Assembly: GCA_018817585.1 (NCBI GenBank)
Contig: JAHITE010000097.1
Location: forward strand, 4,400-68,399
Direction of reading: 5' to 3'
From: Candidatus Omnitrophota bacterium
GTDB lineage: Bacteria > Omnitrophota > Gorgyraeia > B26-G9
DNA length: 64,000 nucleotides
Part shown: positions 47,501 through 56,026 of the stretch, piece after piece
Position numbering within the stretch: position 1 is the first letter of the stretch
Layout: every line of letters starts with the position of its first letter
Position numbers and translations under genes: made by a program
The notes under the pieces: model-generated
Databases searched by the model: none
The model's input: the letters and a program-made list of their open reading frames with translations, nothing else
What the model was told of the DNA's origin: nothing

Positions 47501-47534
47501 AAGTTAATTTAAGTTAATTTAAGTTAATTTAAGT
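47501..47534. repeat. 10-bp tandem repeat (aagttaattt)x3 plus a partial unit, 15 nt upstream of the HTH-EIIA gene
   Basis: Three perfect units at 47501, 47511 and 47521, then aagtaataaa. Confidence 0.8.
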
Positions 47535-47548
47535 AATAAAAGGGTTAA

Positions 47549-48265
47549 ATGATGTCTAAAAATAATATAATGACAACAAGAGAACTAGCTGAATATATTA
47601 AGCTTAATGAAAAAACTGTTATTAAAATGGCGCAAAGCGGTAAAATTCCGGGAATAAAAATCGGCAATCAGTGGCGTTTTCATCTAAGATCAATAGATAA
47701 TTATTTGCAGGGGCAGATAGTCCAGTCGCCTAATGAAGATTTAGACTTGGTTATCCAGACAGAAAACGATATTATTCCTTTATCAAGATTGATCAATCCT
47801 GGGTTAATTGATTTGAATATGGATGCGGATAAGCCGTACGCGGTTTTGGCAAGACTTGTAAAAATAGCTAAAGATAATAATCTTACTGAAAATGAACAGC
47901 TGCTGTTAAAAGAATTAAGAGATCGGGAAAAAATGATGAGTACGGGGATTGGTAATGGGATCGCGATTCCGCATCCACGTAATCCTTCAGAAAAGCTGTT
48001 TAGAAAGCCGAATATCATTTTAGCGCGGACAATTAAGCCAATTGATTTTAATGCTCCGGATGGTAAAGCAGTCTCGATTTTTTTTATGATCTGCGCGCCA
48101 AATGAATTCGCGCATTTGCGGATTCTGGCTAAAATCGCTAAGTTTTTAAATAAAAAGGAAATCGGAAACAAACTGTTGGCGGCTGAAGACTCAGTAAAAT
48201 TAGTTCAGGTTTTTCTGGAATTTGAACGTATGAATATGTTTTTAAATTTTAAAGCTAAATTATGA
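47549..48265 (+). CDS. HTH (excisionase/MerR-type) DNA-binding domain fused to a PTS EIIA type-2 (PtsN/EIIA-Ntr-like) domain
   Basis: N-terminal TTRELAEYIKLNEKTVIKMAQSGKIPGIKIGNQWRF. EIIA-2 phosphorylation-site motif GIAIPHPR. Confidence 0.75.
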   Translation: MMSKNNIMTTRELAEYIKLNEKTVIKMAQSGKIPGIKIGNQWRFHLRSIDNYLQGQIVQSPNEDLDLVIQTENDIIPLSRLINPGLIDLNMDADKPYAVLARLVKIAKDNNLTENEQLLLKELRDREKMMSTGIGNGIAIPHPRNPSEKLFRKPNIILARTIKPIDFNAPDGKAVSIFFMICAPNEFAHLRILAKIAKFLNKKEIGNKLLAAEDSVKLVQVFLEFERMNMFLNFKAKL

Positions 48266-48588
48266 GAAATTTTAAAATATTTTTAATTTTAATAATCTGT
48301 GTTATTGCTGTTCAATTATCAATGGACGGATTGTCATTTGCTTCGGATCAAGCCGAGGCAGCGGAGCGTTACTGCCAGTTAAGGGAATGCGAAAATTATA
48401 AAGCAGTTGGTCCATGCGCGAGAGTACAAAAAATAGAATTAAGCAGCAGGTTAATGGTAATCGCTTGTTTTGTTTACCGCAGATTACCTGTTTTTGTTTT
48501 TGCGACAAATAAAAAATGTTCGATCTTTGTTTCTGAGCTTTTCAATAATTCTCCGCCTTTTTTATATTCATTGCCTGAATTTTCTTAA
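48262..48588 (+). CDS. hypothetical small Cys-rich protein with signal peptide
   Basis: N-terminal hydrophobic leader. No recognisable family. Coding status is uncertain. Confidence 0.3.
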   Translation: MRNFKIFLILIICVIAVQLSMDGLSFASDQAEAAERYCQLRECENYKAVGPCARVQKIELSSRLMVIACFVYRRLPVFVFATNKKCSIFVSELFNNSPPFLYSLPEFS

Positions 48589-48631
48589 CATTCTTAAAAT
48601 ATAATATAAATATTAAAAACGAGGTGCAATA

Positions 48632-48979
48632 ATGGTTGTGGTTATATATCATAATAATATGGATTATTTAAAATCACTGGTCAATATAGTCGCGGAGCAT
48701 GGGTTTAAAGCAAAACAAATTACGGAAAAAAAGAATATAGGGACGGAAATTGTCGGGCCGAGTTCATCGGTTACTTATTTACATGGCAAAGCAGTGCCTT
48801 CTTACAATAAAGCTTTAGTTGTGCATGTAGCATCAGAAAAAGAGGCAATATCTTTTCTTAATATCATAGAAAACGATAAGGTTTTGAATCTCTGTAATAT
48901 GCAGGACAAGGGATTTGTTTCAGTTTTGCCATTGTGTTCATTCGAAGGTTTCAATAGTTGGGTTGCAAATAAAGGATAG
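48632..48979 (+). CDS. hypothetical small protein, possibly PII-like/ACT-like beta-alpha-beta fold
   Basis: 115 aa. The alternating pattern (VVVIYHNNMDYLKSLVNIV..GFKA...ALVVHVASEKEAISFLNII) suggests a ferredoxin-like regulatory fold. This is inference only. Confidence 0.4.
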   Translation: MVVVIYHNNMDYLKSLVNIVAEHGFKAKQITEKKNIGTEIVGPSSSVTYLHGKAVPSYNKALVVHVASEKEAISFLNIIENDKVLNLCNMQDKGFVSVLPLCSFEGFNSWVANKG

Positions 48980-48983
48980 GACG

Positions 48984-49907
48984 ATGAGTGAATTAAAGGA
49001 AGGTATCAAAGGGAAACTGATTATAAAACAATTGCCGGTTTGTGATAAATACCAAGCAATTAAATTCCTGCTTAATGAAGTGTTTGCTTCGGAAAAAGCA
49101 AAAATTGGCGGTTTCGCTGAAGAAGAAATTTTTGAAAGTATTGTTTCTCGTGAAAATATGAGCACAACAGGCATTGGTTTTAGCTTGGCTATTCCTCATT
49201 CCCGGATAGAAGGCTGGGGGAGATTTGTTTTAGCGGTGGGCCTGAGTTATGAAGGTATTGATTTTAATAGTATGGATAAAAGTCAGGCTAAAATAATATG
49301 TTTGATGATTTCTTCAGCAGATGAGCCTTATGTTATATTACAGACAACTGCCGCTATTATTAAATTTCTGGAAAAGCAAAAAGGAGCGGAAGCGTTTTTA
49401 AAAACATACCCTGTTTTTAATCGGGCAAAAGAGAAGTTATCAGCGCTTTGTTTAGATGTTAATGAACAGATATTCGCGAAAGATGTTATCCGTCCGGTGC
49501 AGGCATGTGTAAATCTCAATGATTCAATTGAAATAGCTACCCGGTTGATGCATTTAAAGCATTTTGATGTTTTACCGGTTGTGGATGATGAGTATAATTT
49601 TTGCGGTCAGTTAACTTGCTTGGATATTTTTCAGTACGGAATGCCGAATTTCTTTAATAACTTAAAGACGATATCTTTTGTTAGACATATTGACCCATTT
49701 GAAAAATATTTTAGAATTCATCGTAATCTTAAAGCAAGTAATTTTTACAAACACACTGAACCGATTAGTCAGGATAAAACTTTATTGGAAATTATCTTTG
49801 AGTTAAGTATCAAACAAAGATCAAAGTTATTCGTAACAAATGAACGCAATAAATTAATCGGGGTTATTGATCGGTTTACCATAATAGATAAGATCTTAGT
49901 ATTTTAA
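48984..49907 (+). CDS. PTS EIIA type-2 domain fused to a CBS domain pair
   Basis: EIIA-2 His motif LAIPHSR. Two C-terminal CBS repeats. Start re-set to ATG 48984 (RBS aaagga), because the track start at 48915 overlaps the upstream gene. Confidence 0.7.
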   Translation: MSELKEGIKGKLIIKQLPVCDKYQAIKFLLNEVFASEKAKIGGFAEEEIFESIVSRENMSTTGIGFSLAIPHSRIEGWGRFVLAVGLSYEGIDFNSMDKSQAKIICLMISSADEPYVILQTTAAIIKFLEKQKGAEAFLKTYPVFNRAKEKLSALCLDVNEQIFAKDVIRPVQACVNLNDSIEIATRLMHLKHFDVLPVVDDEYNFCGQLTCLDIFQYGMPNFFNNLKTISFVRHIDPFEKYFRIHRNLKASNFYKHTEPISQDKTLLEIIFELSIKQRSKLFVTNERNKLIGVIDRFTIIDKILVF

Positions 49908-49920
49908 ATTAGGAGATACA

Positions 49921-51219
49921 ATGAAAGCATTACTTTCAGTTATTATTTTTGTGGGAGCTTATATTGCCATTGCTTCCGATAAAGTCAGTAAAACAATAGT
50001 CGCTGTAATCGGCGCTTGTTTGGTTATTATGCTGCATCTGGTGTCATTTGAGGAGGCAATGCATGCTGTTGATTTAAATGTAATTTTTTTACTTGTGGGA
50101 ATGATGACTTGCGTCTATATTTTGTCTAAAACCGGATTTTTTGAATGGGCGGCGATTAGTGTAGCTAAATACTCTCGCGGCAATCCTTTTCTGATAATGT
50201 GTTTGCTTCTGCTGGTAACCGCAGTCTTATCTGCTTTTTTTGATAATGTGACTACAATTATTCTTCTAGTGCCCTTAACTATTCTTATTGCGGAACTTCT
50301 TGAGATTAATCCGATACCGTTTATTATTCTTGAGACATTGGCTTCAAATATTGGAGGAACAGCGACTCTGATCGGGGATCCGCCGAATATTATTATTGGC
50401 TCAGCAGCTAAGTTATCGTTTTCAGATTTTTTAGTGTACCTTTCTCCTGTGGTAATTATGATTTTCGCGGTTTTTCTTTTTACTGTTTTTTTATTATTTC
50501 GTAATGTTTTTACAGTCCAGGAGTCAATGAAAAAACGGGTGATTAATTCTATTCCGAATTTGGCTATTGTTGATAAAAAGAATATGATAAAAGCGCTTTT
50601 AATAATGGGTCTTATTTTTGTCGGGTTTTTTTTCCATGCAAAGCTTGATATAGAGCCTGGAATTGTCGCGCTTGGCGGCAGTATGCTGATGATGCTTTTT
50701 TGTAAATCAGACAGTGAAGAGACTTTGATGAAAGTTGAATGGGGTGTTATTTTCTTTTTTATCGGAATGTTTATAATGATCGCGGCTTTGGACGCAAATG
50801 GGGTTATTGAAAGAGCGGGACAGCTGATATTAAATGCTTCTGGACAAAACCTATTCCATGTATGTCTTATTGTGCTTTTTGGGTCAGCTTTATTTTCAGC
50901 GATATTGGACAATATTCCGTTTGTGATCACGATGGTTCCCCTAGTTAAAAATTTTATTGAGCATTTCGCGGTCTCTTTGGGTACTCAAAATATCGAACAA
51001 ATAAGCCAGCCTTTATGGTGGGCTTTGGCTCTGGGCGCTTGTTTGGGGGGCAATATGACAATTATTGGCGCTTCAGCGAATGTGGTTATGGTCAGGATCG
51101 CGGCGCGTAATAAATATAAGGTAACTTTCGGAAAATTCCTAAAATATGGAGTACCATTTACGATACAATCATTGATAATAAGCGCTTTATATCTTTGGCT
51201 TAGATATTTTAGAGTTTGA
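49921..51219 (+). CDS. ArsB/NhaD-superfamily (SLC13-like) ion/anion permease
   Basis: 432 aa with about 11-12 TM segments. Internal repeat with GDPPN-like re-entrant loop motifs (LIGDPPNIIIG). Confidence 0.7.
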   Translation: MKALLSVIIFVGAYIAIASDKVSKTIVAVIGACLVIMLHLVSFEEAMHAVDLNVIFLLVGMMTCVYILSKTGFFEWAAISVAKYSRGNPFLIMCLLLLVTAVLSAFFDNVTTIILLVPLTILIAELLEINPIPFIILETLASNIGGTATLIGDPPNIIIGSAAKLSFSDFLVYLSPVVIMIFAVFLFTVFLLFRNVFTVQESMKKRVINSIPNLAIVDKKNMIKALLIMGLIFVGFFFHAKLDIEPGIVALGGSMLMMLFCKSDSEETLMKVEWGVIFFFIGMFIMIAALDANGVIERAGQLILNASGQNLFHVCLIVLFGSALFSAILDNIPFVITMVPLVKNFIEHFAVSLGTQNIEQISQPLWWALALGACLGGNMTIIGASANVVMVRIAARNKYKVTFGKFLKYGVPFTIQSLIISALYLWLRYFRV

Positions 51220-51225
51220 TTGAAA

Positions 51226-51790
51226 AAATAGCGTATAGCCCTTCGACTTTGCTCAGGGTAAACGATTAGCGATTAGAAAAAGCAAGAAGCAAAGAGCGCT
51301 TGGCTAATAGCTGATCCTCCTTTGCCAAGGCTTCGGAGGACAGGTGGCTGATAGTAAAAGCAGAAAAGCAAAAGCGATTAAAAAAGGTCACTGGAAAGCT
51401 AAAAGCTATAAACTATAAAGGACAGGAATAATTATTTAGGCGGGTTTGAAGCCTGATTTTGATAGGACTGGCAAAATCAGAGATTCATCCTCGGAGTCCC
51501 GCAGGATGCGGGACGAGAATGAGCCAAAATGATTGATTCCGGACCGCCATTGATTAGCTGGCTACAAGATGATAAGTAAATTTTACGCTGACACAAAGTT
51601 TGTAAAGTTCATAAAGTAGCTAGATTATATGGTAGGGGCCGTGCTTGTCCCGGCCCGTAATAATATGGATTATTAAATCGGGCAAATGATTGATAAGCGG
51701 GCGCAGGCAAGTTGCGCTTCTATGGTTAATTAATCGCAATACGTGATACTCACTACGCAATACTGAACCACAGGTTTCCCTTAATTGTGT
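51226..51790. repeat. long non-coding block homologous to 9335-9760
   Basis: Shares tagcgtatagc...gattagcgattagaaaaagca and cgcaatacg-N13-ctacgcaatac with the 9.3 kb block. It embeds inverted-repeat copy E. Confidence 0.5.
51632..51725. repeat. short inverted-repeat element, copy E
   Basis: 5' arm gtaggggccgtgcttgtcccggcccgtaataat is about 85% identical to copy A. The 3' arm gcgggcgcaggcaagttgcgc matches the 3' arm of copy C. Confidence 0.6.
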
Positions 51791-52043
51791 TGATTGTTTT
51801 AATGCAGTATTATGTGAGAAAATATCATAAATATTACTTGAAAAGCTAATATTATTTACATTCTCACCCCTTAGAGCTTATTTTGAAAGATCATGTTTAA
51901 TTTATTTGCCTATCTTCTTGCTCTATAATTTGTTATATTTGTATGGGGTATTGGATAATTATTATTAATTATATTTTATTTGGTTTTGTATTATAATAAT
52001 CAATAAATATTGTTTTCTAAATTAAATATTAACAAAGGAGGAA

Positions 52044-52667
52044 GTGATGAGTTTGCGGGAATATTTTGAGAATACAAAAGGTATGGGGATCTTAGCTACT
52101 TCAGATAGTAAAGGAATTATTGATACAGCTGTTTATGGTAGACCGCATTTTATTGATGAGAATAATTGTATATTTTTAATGGCTGATAAACTTTCTCATA
52201 AAAATATTCAGGAAAATCCAAAAGCTTCATATGCTTTTATTCAGAAAGACGGTCATTATACTGGTAAGCGTTTGTATTTAACAAAAACTAAAGAATTGGA
52301 TGATTCTGCTTTGGTTGATGAGCTTAGAAGAAAAAAACATGGATGTCAATGTGATGAAGATAAAAAGACTTTCGTGGTTTATTTTCAAGTTGATTCAGTC
52401 AGGCCTTTAGTGGGTGAGGGCTCTACGGCTTGTTCAGATAAGGCAGATACTTGTCCTACCTGTATGCAGGAAACAGGCTCAACAGGACATATGTGTGTTC
52501 CAGCTAATAAAAAAGACGAGAAATGTAATTGGTGCGGAGCAATGATTCCAACTGAACGCCATTTATGCAATGAAAAAGTAAAAGAACTGGCATATATATG
52601 CAATAGTTGCGGCAGGACAGCTGTTAAAGCGGAGCATTTATGTCAGCCTAAAAAGATTGAAAAATAA
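52044..52667 (+). CDS. PNPOx-like (FMN-binding split-barrel) domain fused to a C-terminal triple C-x2-C-x8-H-x-C repeat domain
   Basis: The N-terminus resembles pyridoxamine 5'-phosphate oxidase-family proteins. C-terminal repeats: CPTCMQETGSTGHMC, CNWCGAMIPTERHLC, CNSCGRTAVKAEHLC. Strong AGGAGG RBS. Confidence 0.7.
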   Translation: MMSLREYFENTKGMGILATSDSKGIIDTAVYGRPHFIDENNCIFLMADKLSHKNIQENPKASYAFIQKDGHYTGKRLYLTKTKELDDSALVDELRRKKHGCQCDEDKKTFVVYFQVDSVRPLVGEGSTACSDKADTCPTCMQETGSTGHMCVPANKKDEKCNWCGAMIPTERHLCNEKVKELAYICNSCGRTAVKAEHLCQPKKIEK

Positions 52668-52722
52668 ATATTATTTTTCCTTATTCCGCTTGTAGAAACA
52701 TTTATAAATAAAGATAAATTCT

Positions 52723-53616
52723 ATGATTAAATTAGGCTTGTGTTGTAAATTTCAAGTAGAATCAATTAAATTCTATACAACAACAGCGCGTTATATAAGC
52801 AAGCTTACTCCTAAACTCAGGTCGCGTAAAATTTCTCAGTTATGTTTGCAGAATAGTAAATCACTTTTATCAGCAATCAATTATTGTGGTGATAATAAAA
52901 TTGGGTGTTTTAGAGTGAATAGCAGAATTTTGCCGCTTAAGACTCATCCTAACTATGGCTATGATTTAAATTTACTAGAGCATGCAGAAGAGATAAAGAA
53001 TTTTTTTGAGCTTTGCAAACAGACAGCAAAAAAACGGGGAATACGTTTAACTTTTCACCCGGATCAGTTTATTTTATTGAGTTCAAAAGATCAGGCTATA
53101 ACCAATAAATCAATAGAAGAGCTTATATATCAATCTGAAGTAAGTGAATTAATTGGTGCGGATGTTATCAATATCCATGCCGGAGGCGGATATGGGGATA
53201 AAATATCTGCTTTGAAAATAGTTAGCAGAGTTCTATCTAAGCTTGATAAAAAAATATTGAATAAAATAACATTTGAAAATGATGATCGCGTATATACTCC
53301 CGCAGATCTTTTGGGTTTTTGCAAAGATAATGAAATCCCTTTTGTATATGATGTGCACCATCATCGCTGTTTGCCTGATCAGCATTCGATTGAATATGTT
53401 ACTGAAATGGCGCTAAAGACATGGAATCGGGAGCCATTATTTCATGTTTCCAGTCCGAAATTTGGCTGGAATGGATCAAAACTTAATTCACATCATGATT
53501 ATATTGATATAAATGATTTTCCTCGGTGCTGGCTTGATTTAAATATTACAGTTGAGGTTGAGGCAAAGGCAAAAGAATTGGCTGTAAAAAAAATAGCTGG
53601 TCAGCTTGGTTTGTAA
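52723..53616 (+). CDS. uvsE: UV DNA damage endonuclease
   Basis: Colinear with B. subtilis UvsE: HPDQF, NIHAGG, ENDD, FVYDVHHH, HVSSPK, HHDYI. Confidence 0.9.
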   Translation: MIKLGLCCKFQVESIKFYTTTARYISKLTPKLRSRKISQLCLQNSKSLLSAINYCGDNKIGCFRVNSRILPLKTHPNYGYDLNLLEHAEEIKNFFELCKQTAKKRGIRLTFHPDQFILLSSKDQAITNKSIEELIYQSEVSELIGADVINIHAGGGYGDKISALKIVSRVLSKLDKKILNKITFENDDRVYTPADLLGFCKDNEIPFVYDVHHHRCLPDQHSIEYVTEMALKTWNREPLFHVSSPKFGWNGSKLNSHHDYIDINDFPRCWLDLNITVEVEAKAKELAVKKIAGQLGL

Positions 53617-53633
53617 TTAAGGGGGGGTGTTCT

Positions 53634-54098
53634 ATGGATAAAATAGAAATACTAAATCGAATAAAAATGCTTTTAAATACGCAGCATTTTGCTGTATTGG
53701 CAACTCAAAGCAGTGATTACCCCTATTCGAGTTTAGTGGGATTTTCTCAGTCAGAGAACTGTGAAGAAATTATATTTGCTACGATTCGTGATACTCATAA
53801 ATATAGGAATTTGCAAAAATTTCCTAATGTCTCATTGCTTATTGATAGTCAGACAAACCAGGCTAATGATTTTAAGCAAGCTCAAGCCCTTACAGTATTA
53901 GGGAAATCAAAAGAAATTAACGATCAAGAAAAAAAAGAATATTTGGCTAGTTATCTTAAGAAACAGCCTTATTTAAAAGAATTTGTAACAGCTAATAATT
54001 GCGCGTTAATAAAAATAAGTGTTGTTAAATATATTTTGGTTAATGACTTTCAAAATATTTATGAATATTCTTTTGAAAGCAATAAAGATACTATTTAG
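53634..54098 (+). CDS. pyridoxamine 5'-phosphate oxidase-family (FMN-binding) protein
   Basis: 154 aa. Split-barrel family pattern (QHFAVLATQSSDYPYSSLVGF). Confidence 0.6.
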   Translation: MDKIEILNRIKMLLNTQHFAVLATQSSDYPYSSLVGFSQSENCEEIIFATIRDTHKYRNLQKFPNVSLLIDSQTNQANDFKQAQALTVLGKSKEINDQEKKEYLASYLKKQPYLKEFVTANNCALIKISVVKYILVNDFQNIYEYSFESNKDTI

Positions 54099-54120
54099 TA
54101 GAATAGGAAAGTTTAAAGAT

Positions 54121-55014
54121 ATGAAAATTAAAATCATAGCACTTATTTTTTTTACAGCTTGTTTTATAGTCAATAATGCTTTTAGTTTAGATTGGAAATC
54201 TTTGCATGAGCAGGCTGAAAATGCTGATCAGGATAGTGTTAAGATAAAAGTGGAAAAGGATAGTAATAATCTAAGTAATCTGTATGAATTAGGTCTTGTG
54301 TATTTAAATTTATATGATCATAAGCAGGCTAAAAAAATTTTTGAGCAAATGCTCGCAGTCGATCCAGATTTGATTGAAGCAAAATGGGGAATAGCGGAAT
54401 GTCTGCGCCGGGAATATCGAATAGATTTAAGTCAGAAAATGCTGGAAGAAATTGTAGCTATACAGCCTGACTTTTTTCCGGCTTTTATCAGTTTATCGTA
54501 TATTAAATTTAATTTAAAAGAATACGATCAAGCGGCAAAATTATCAGACAGCATTATTCGCAGAGGTAAAAAGAAAGCGGATCGTCATACATTAACCAGG
54601 GCTTATTTAATCTTTGCCGGGTCCAAAGGGATGATTGCGCATAACGGAGGACTGTTGTCAGCGTTTATCAATGGCTCGTCTGTGTTTACAAATATAAAAA
54701 GAGCGAGAACTTTAATGCCTGATTCCGCGGAAGTTTATTATGGTTTAGGATGTTTTTATTTTCTTGCGCCTGGAGCATATGGCGGAAATATTGATAAAGC
54801 CAAAGAATATTTGGAAAAAACAATTGAATTAGACCCGCAAATAATAGACGCGTACGTACGTCTCGCCCAGGTTTACAAGTTTAACGGAGACATGGATAAA
54901 TTCGATTATTATCTGAATCTAGCATTAAATAAAGAACCCCAGAATTTTCTGGCCAATGATATAAAGAGTAATACCTGTAATTTTATTTGTCTAGACCGCC
55001 CCCCAGAGTTTTAG
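54121..55014 (+). CDS. secreted TPR-repeat protein (paralog of 40798-41724)
   Basis: ATG at 54121 gives the signal peptide MKIKIIALIFFTACFIVNNAFS. The track's GTG 54019 is an upstream alternative start. Colinear similarity to the 40798 gene. Confidence 0.7.
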   Translation: MKIKIIALIFFTACFIVNNAFSLDWKSLHEQAENADQDSVKIKVEKDSNNLSNLYELGLVYLNLYDHKQAKKIFEQMLAVDPDLIEAKWGIAECLRREYRIDLSQKMLEEIVAIQPDFFPAFISLSYIKFNLKEYDQAAKLSDSIIRRGKKKADRHTLTRAYLIFAGSKGMIAHNGGLLSAFINGSSVFTNIKRARTLMPDSAEVYYGLGCFYFLAPGAYGGNIDKAKEYLEKTIELDPQIIDAYVRLAQVYKFNGDMDKFDYYLNLALNKEPQNFLANDIKSNTCNFICLDRPPEF

Positions 55015-55274
55015 CCGCAAATGTTGAGGCTGTAGGAAAAACCCCTTACCCCGCCGAAAATCATTTCTTTTTATCGTAAAGTTCGATAAAATAGAGGGAA
55101 GGAACAGTGGCAGACTCGGAAAATGGAAAACTAATTTAACATATAACAATTAAATCCAACTAACTGGTGAGCGCCTTCAAAGGAGTTCAACCCAGTAGCT
55201 GATTATGATGTTATAATCGTTATATAGCAAGAGGTGATTCTGAAATTATAAAGTGATTAAAAGGAGAATCAAAT

Positions 55275-55955
55275 ATGGTATTAAGGATAGGGCACAGAGG
55301 AGCTCGAGGTTATGAGCCGGAAAATACAATCCTTTCTTTTAAAAAAGCCTTAGAATTAAATGTAGACATGGTAGAGTTTGATGTCTGCAGGTGTAAAAGC
55401 GGCGAGATAGTTGTTTTTCATGATAAAAGAGTTGATAAACTGACTAATGATACGGGTTATGTCCAGGAGAAAACATTTGAGGAACTGCGTTCATATGATA
55501 TAGGCAAAGGTCAAAAAATTATGAGCCTGCAGGAAGCATTAGATTTTTTGGACAGAAAGATAAAAGTAAACATAGAGGTTAAAGGGGAAAATATGGCAGA
55601 ATGCTTGTTTTCGGTTTTAACTCATTATGTGAAAGAAAAAAAATGGTCATGGGATAATTTTATTATTTCCTCGTTTAACCATTATGAATTATTAGCGTTT
55701 AAGCGATTAACTGCAGAAGTTAAAATAGGGGCAATAATTGCCGGTATACCGATTGGCTACGCTGAGTGCGCGGCTAAAATAAACGCCTATTCTTTGCACG
55801 TGTCCAAGGAATTTATTAATCAGGCTTTAGTAGATGACGCGCATAATAGAGGCATGAAAGTGTTTGTTTATACTCCAAACGCGCCTGAAGATATTGAAAA
55901 AATGAAATCAATGCGGGTAGACGGCATATTTTCCGATTTTCCTGATAGAATATAA
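55275..55955 (+). CDS. glycerophosphodiester phosphodiesterase
   Basis: RIGHRGARGYEPENT...VEFDV GDPD catalytic motifs. Confidence 0.85.
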   Translation: MVLRIGHRGARGYEPENTILSFKKALELNVDMVEFDVCRCKSGEIVVFHDKRVDKLTNDTGYVQEKTFEELRSYDIGKGQKIMSLQEALDFLDRKIKVNIEVKGENMAECLFSVLTHYVKEKKWSWDNFIISSFNHYELLAFKRLTAEVKIGAIIAGIPIGYAECAAKINAYSLHVSKEFINQALVDDAHNRGMKVFVYTPNAPEDIEKMKSMRVDGIFSDFPDRI

Positions 55956-56026
55956 TGCTATGTATTAAAATTGCTAAGGCGGATAGACATAATAACAGAA
56001 GAATACATTAAAAAAGGAGTATATTT

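Noticed and set aside
47501-47534. CRISPR array
   Set aside because: The repeats are only 10 bp and directly adjacent without spacers. No cas genes are in the window.
50115-50930. 271-aa minus-strand ORF inside the permease gene
   Set aside because: It is antisense to a strongly supported 12-TM transporter gene. Its product is low-complexity (I/K/S-rich), typical of AT-rich antisense frames.
51440-51560. tRNA-like region with hairpins (ggcgggtttgaagcc..., gtcccgcaggatgcgggac)
   Set aside because: No T-loop GTTCGA/TTCRANYC motif, and no cloverleaf with correct arm lengths could be drawn.
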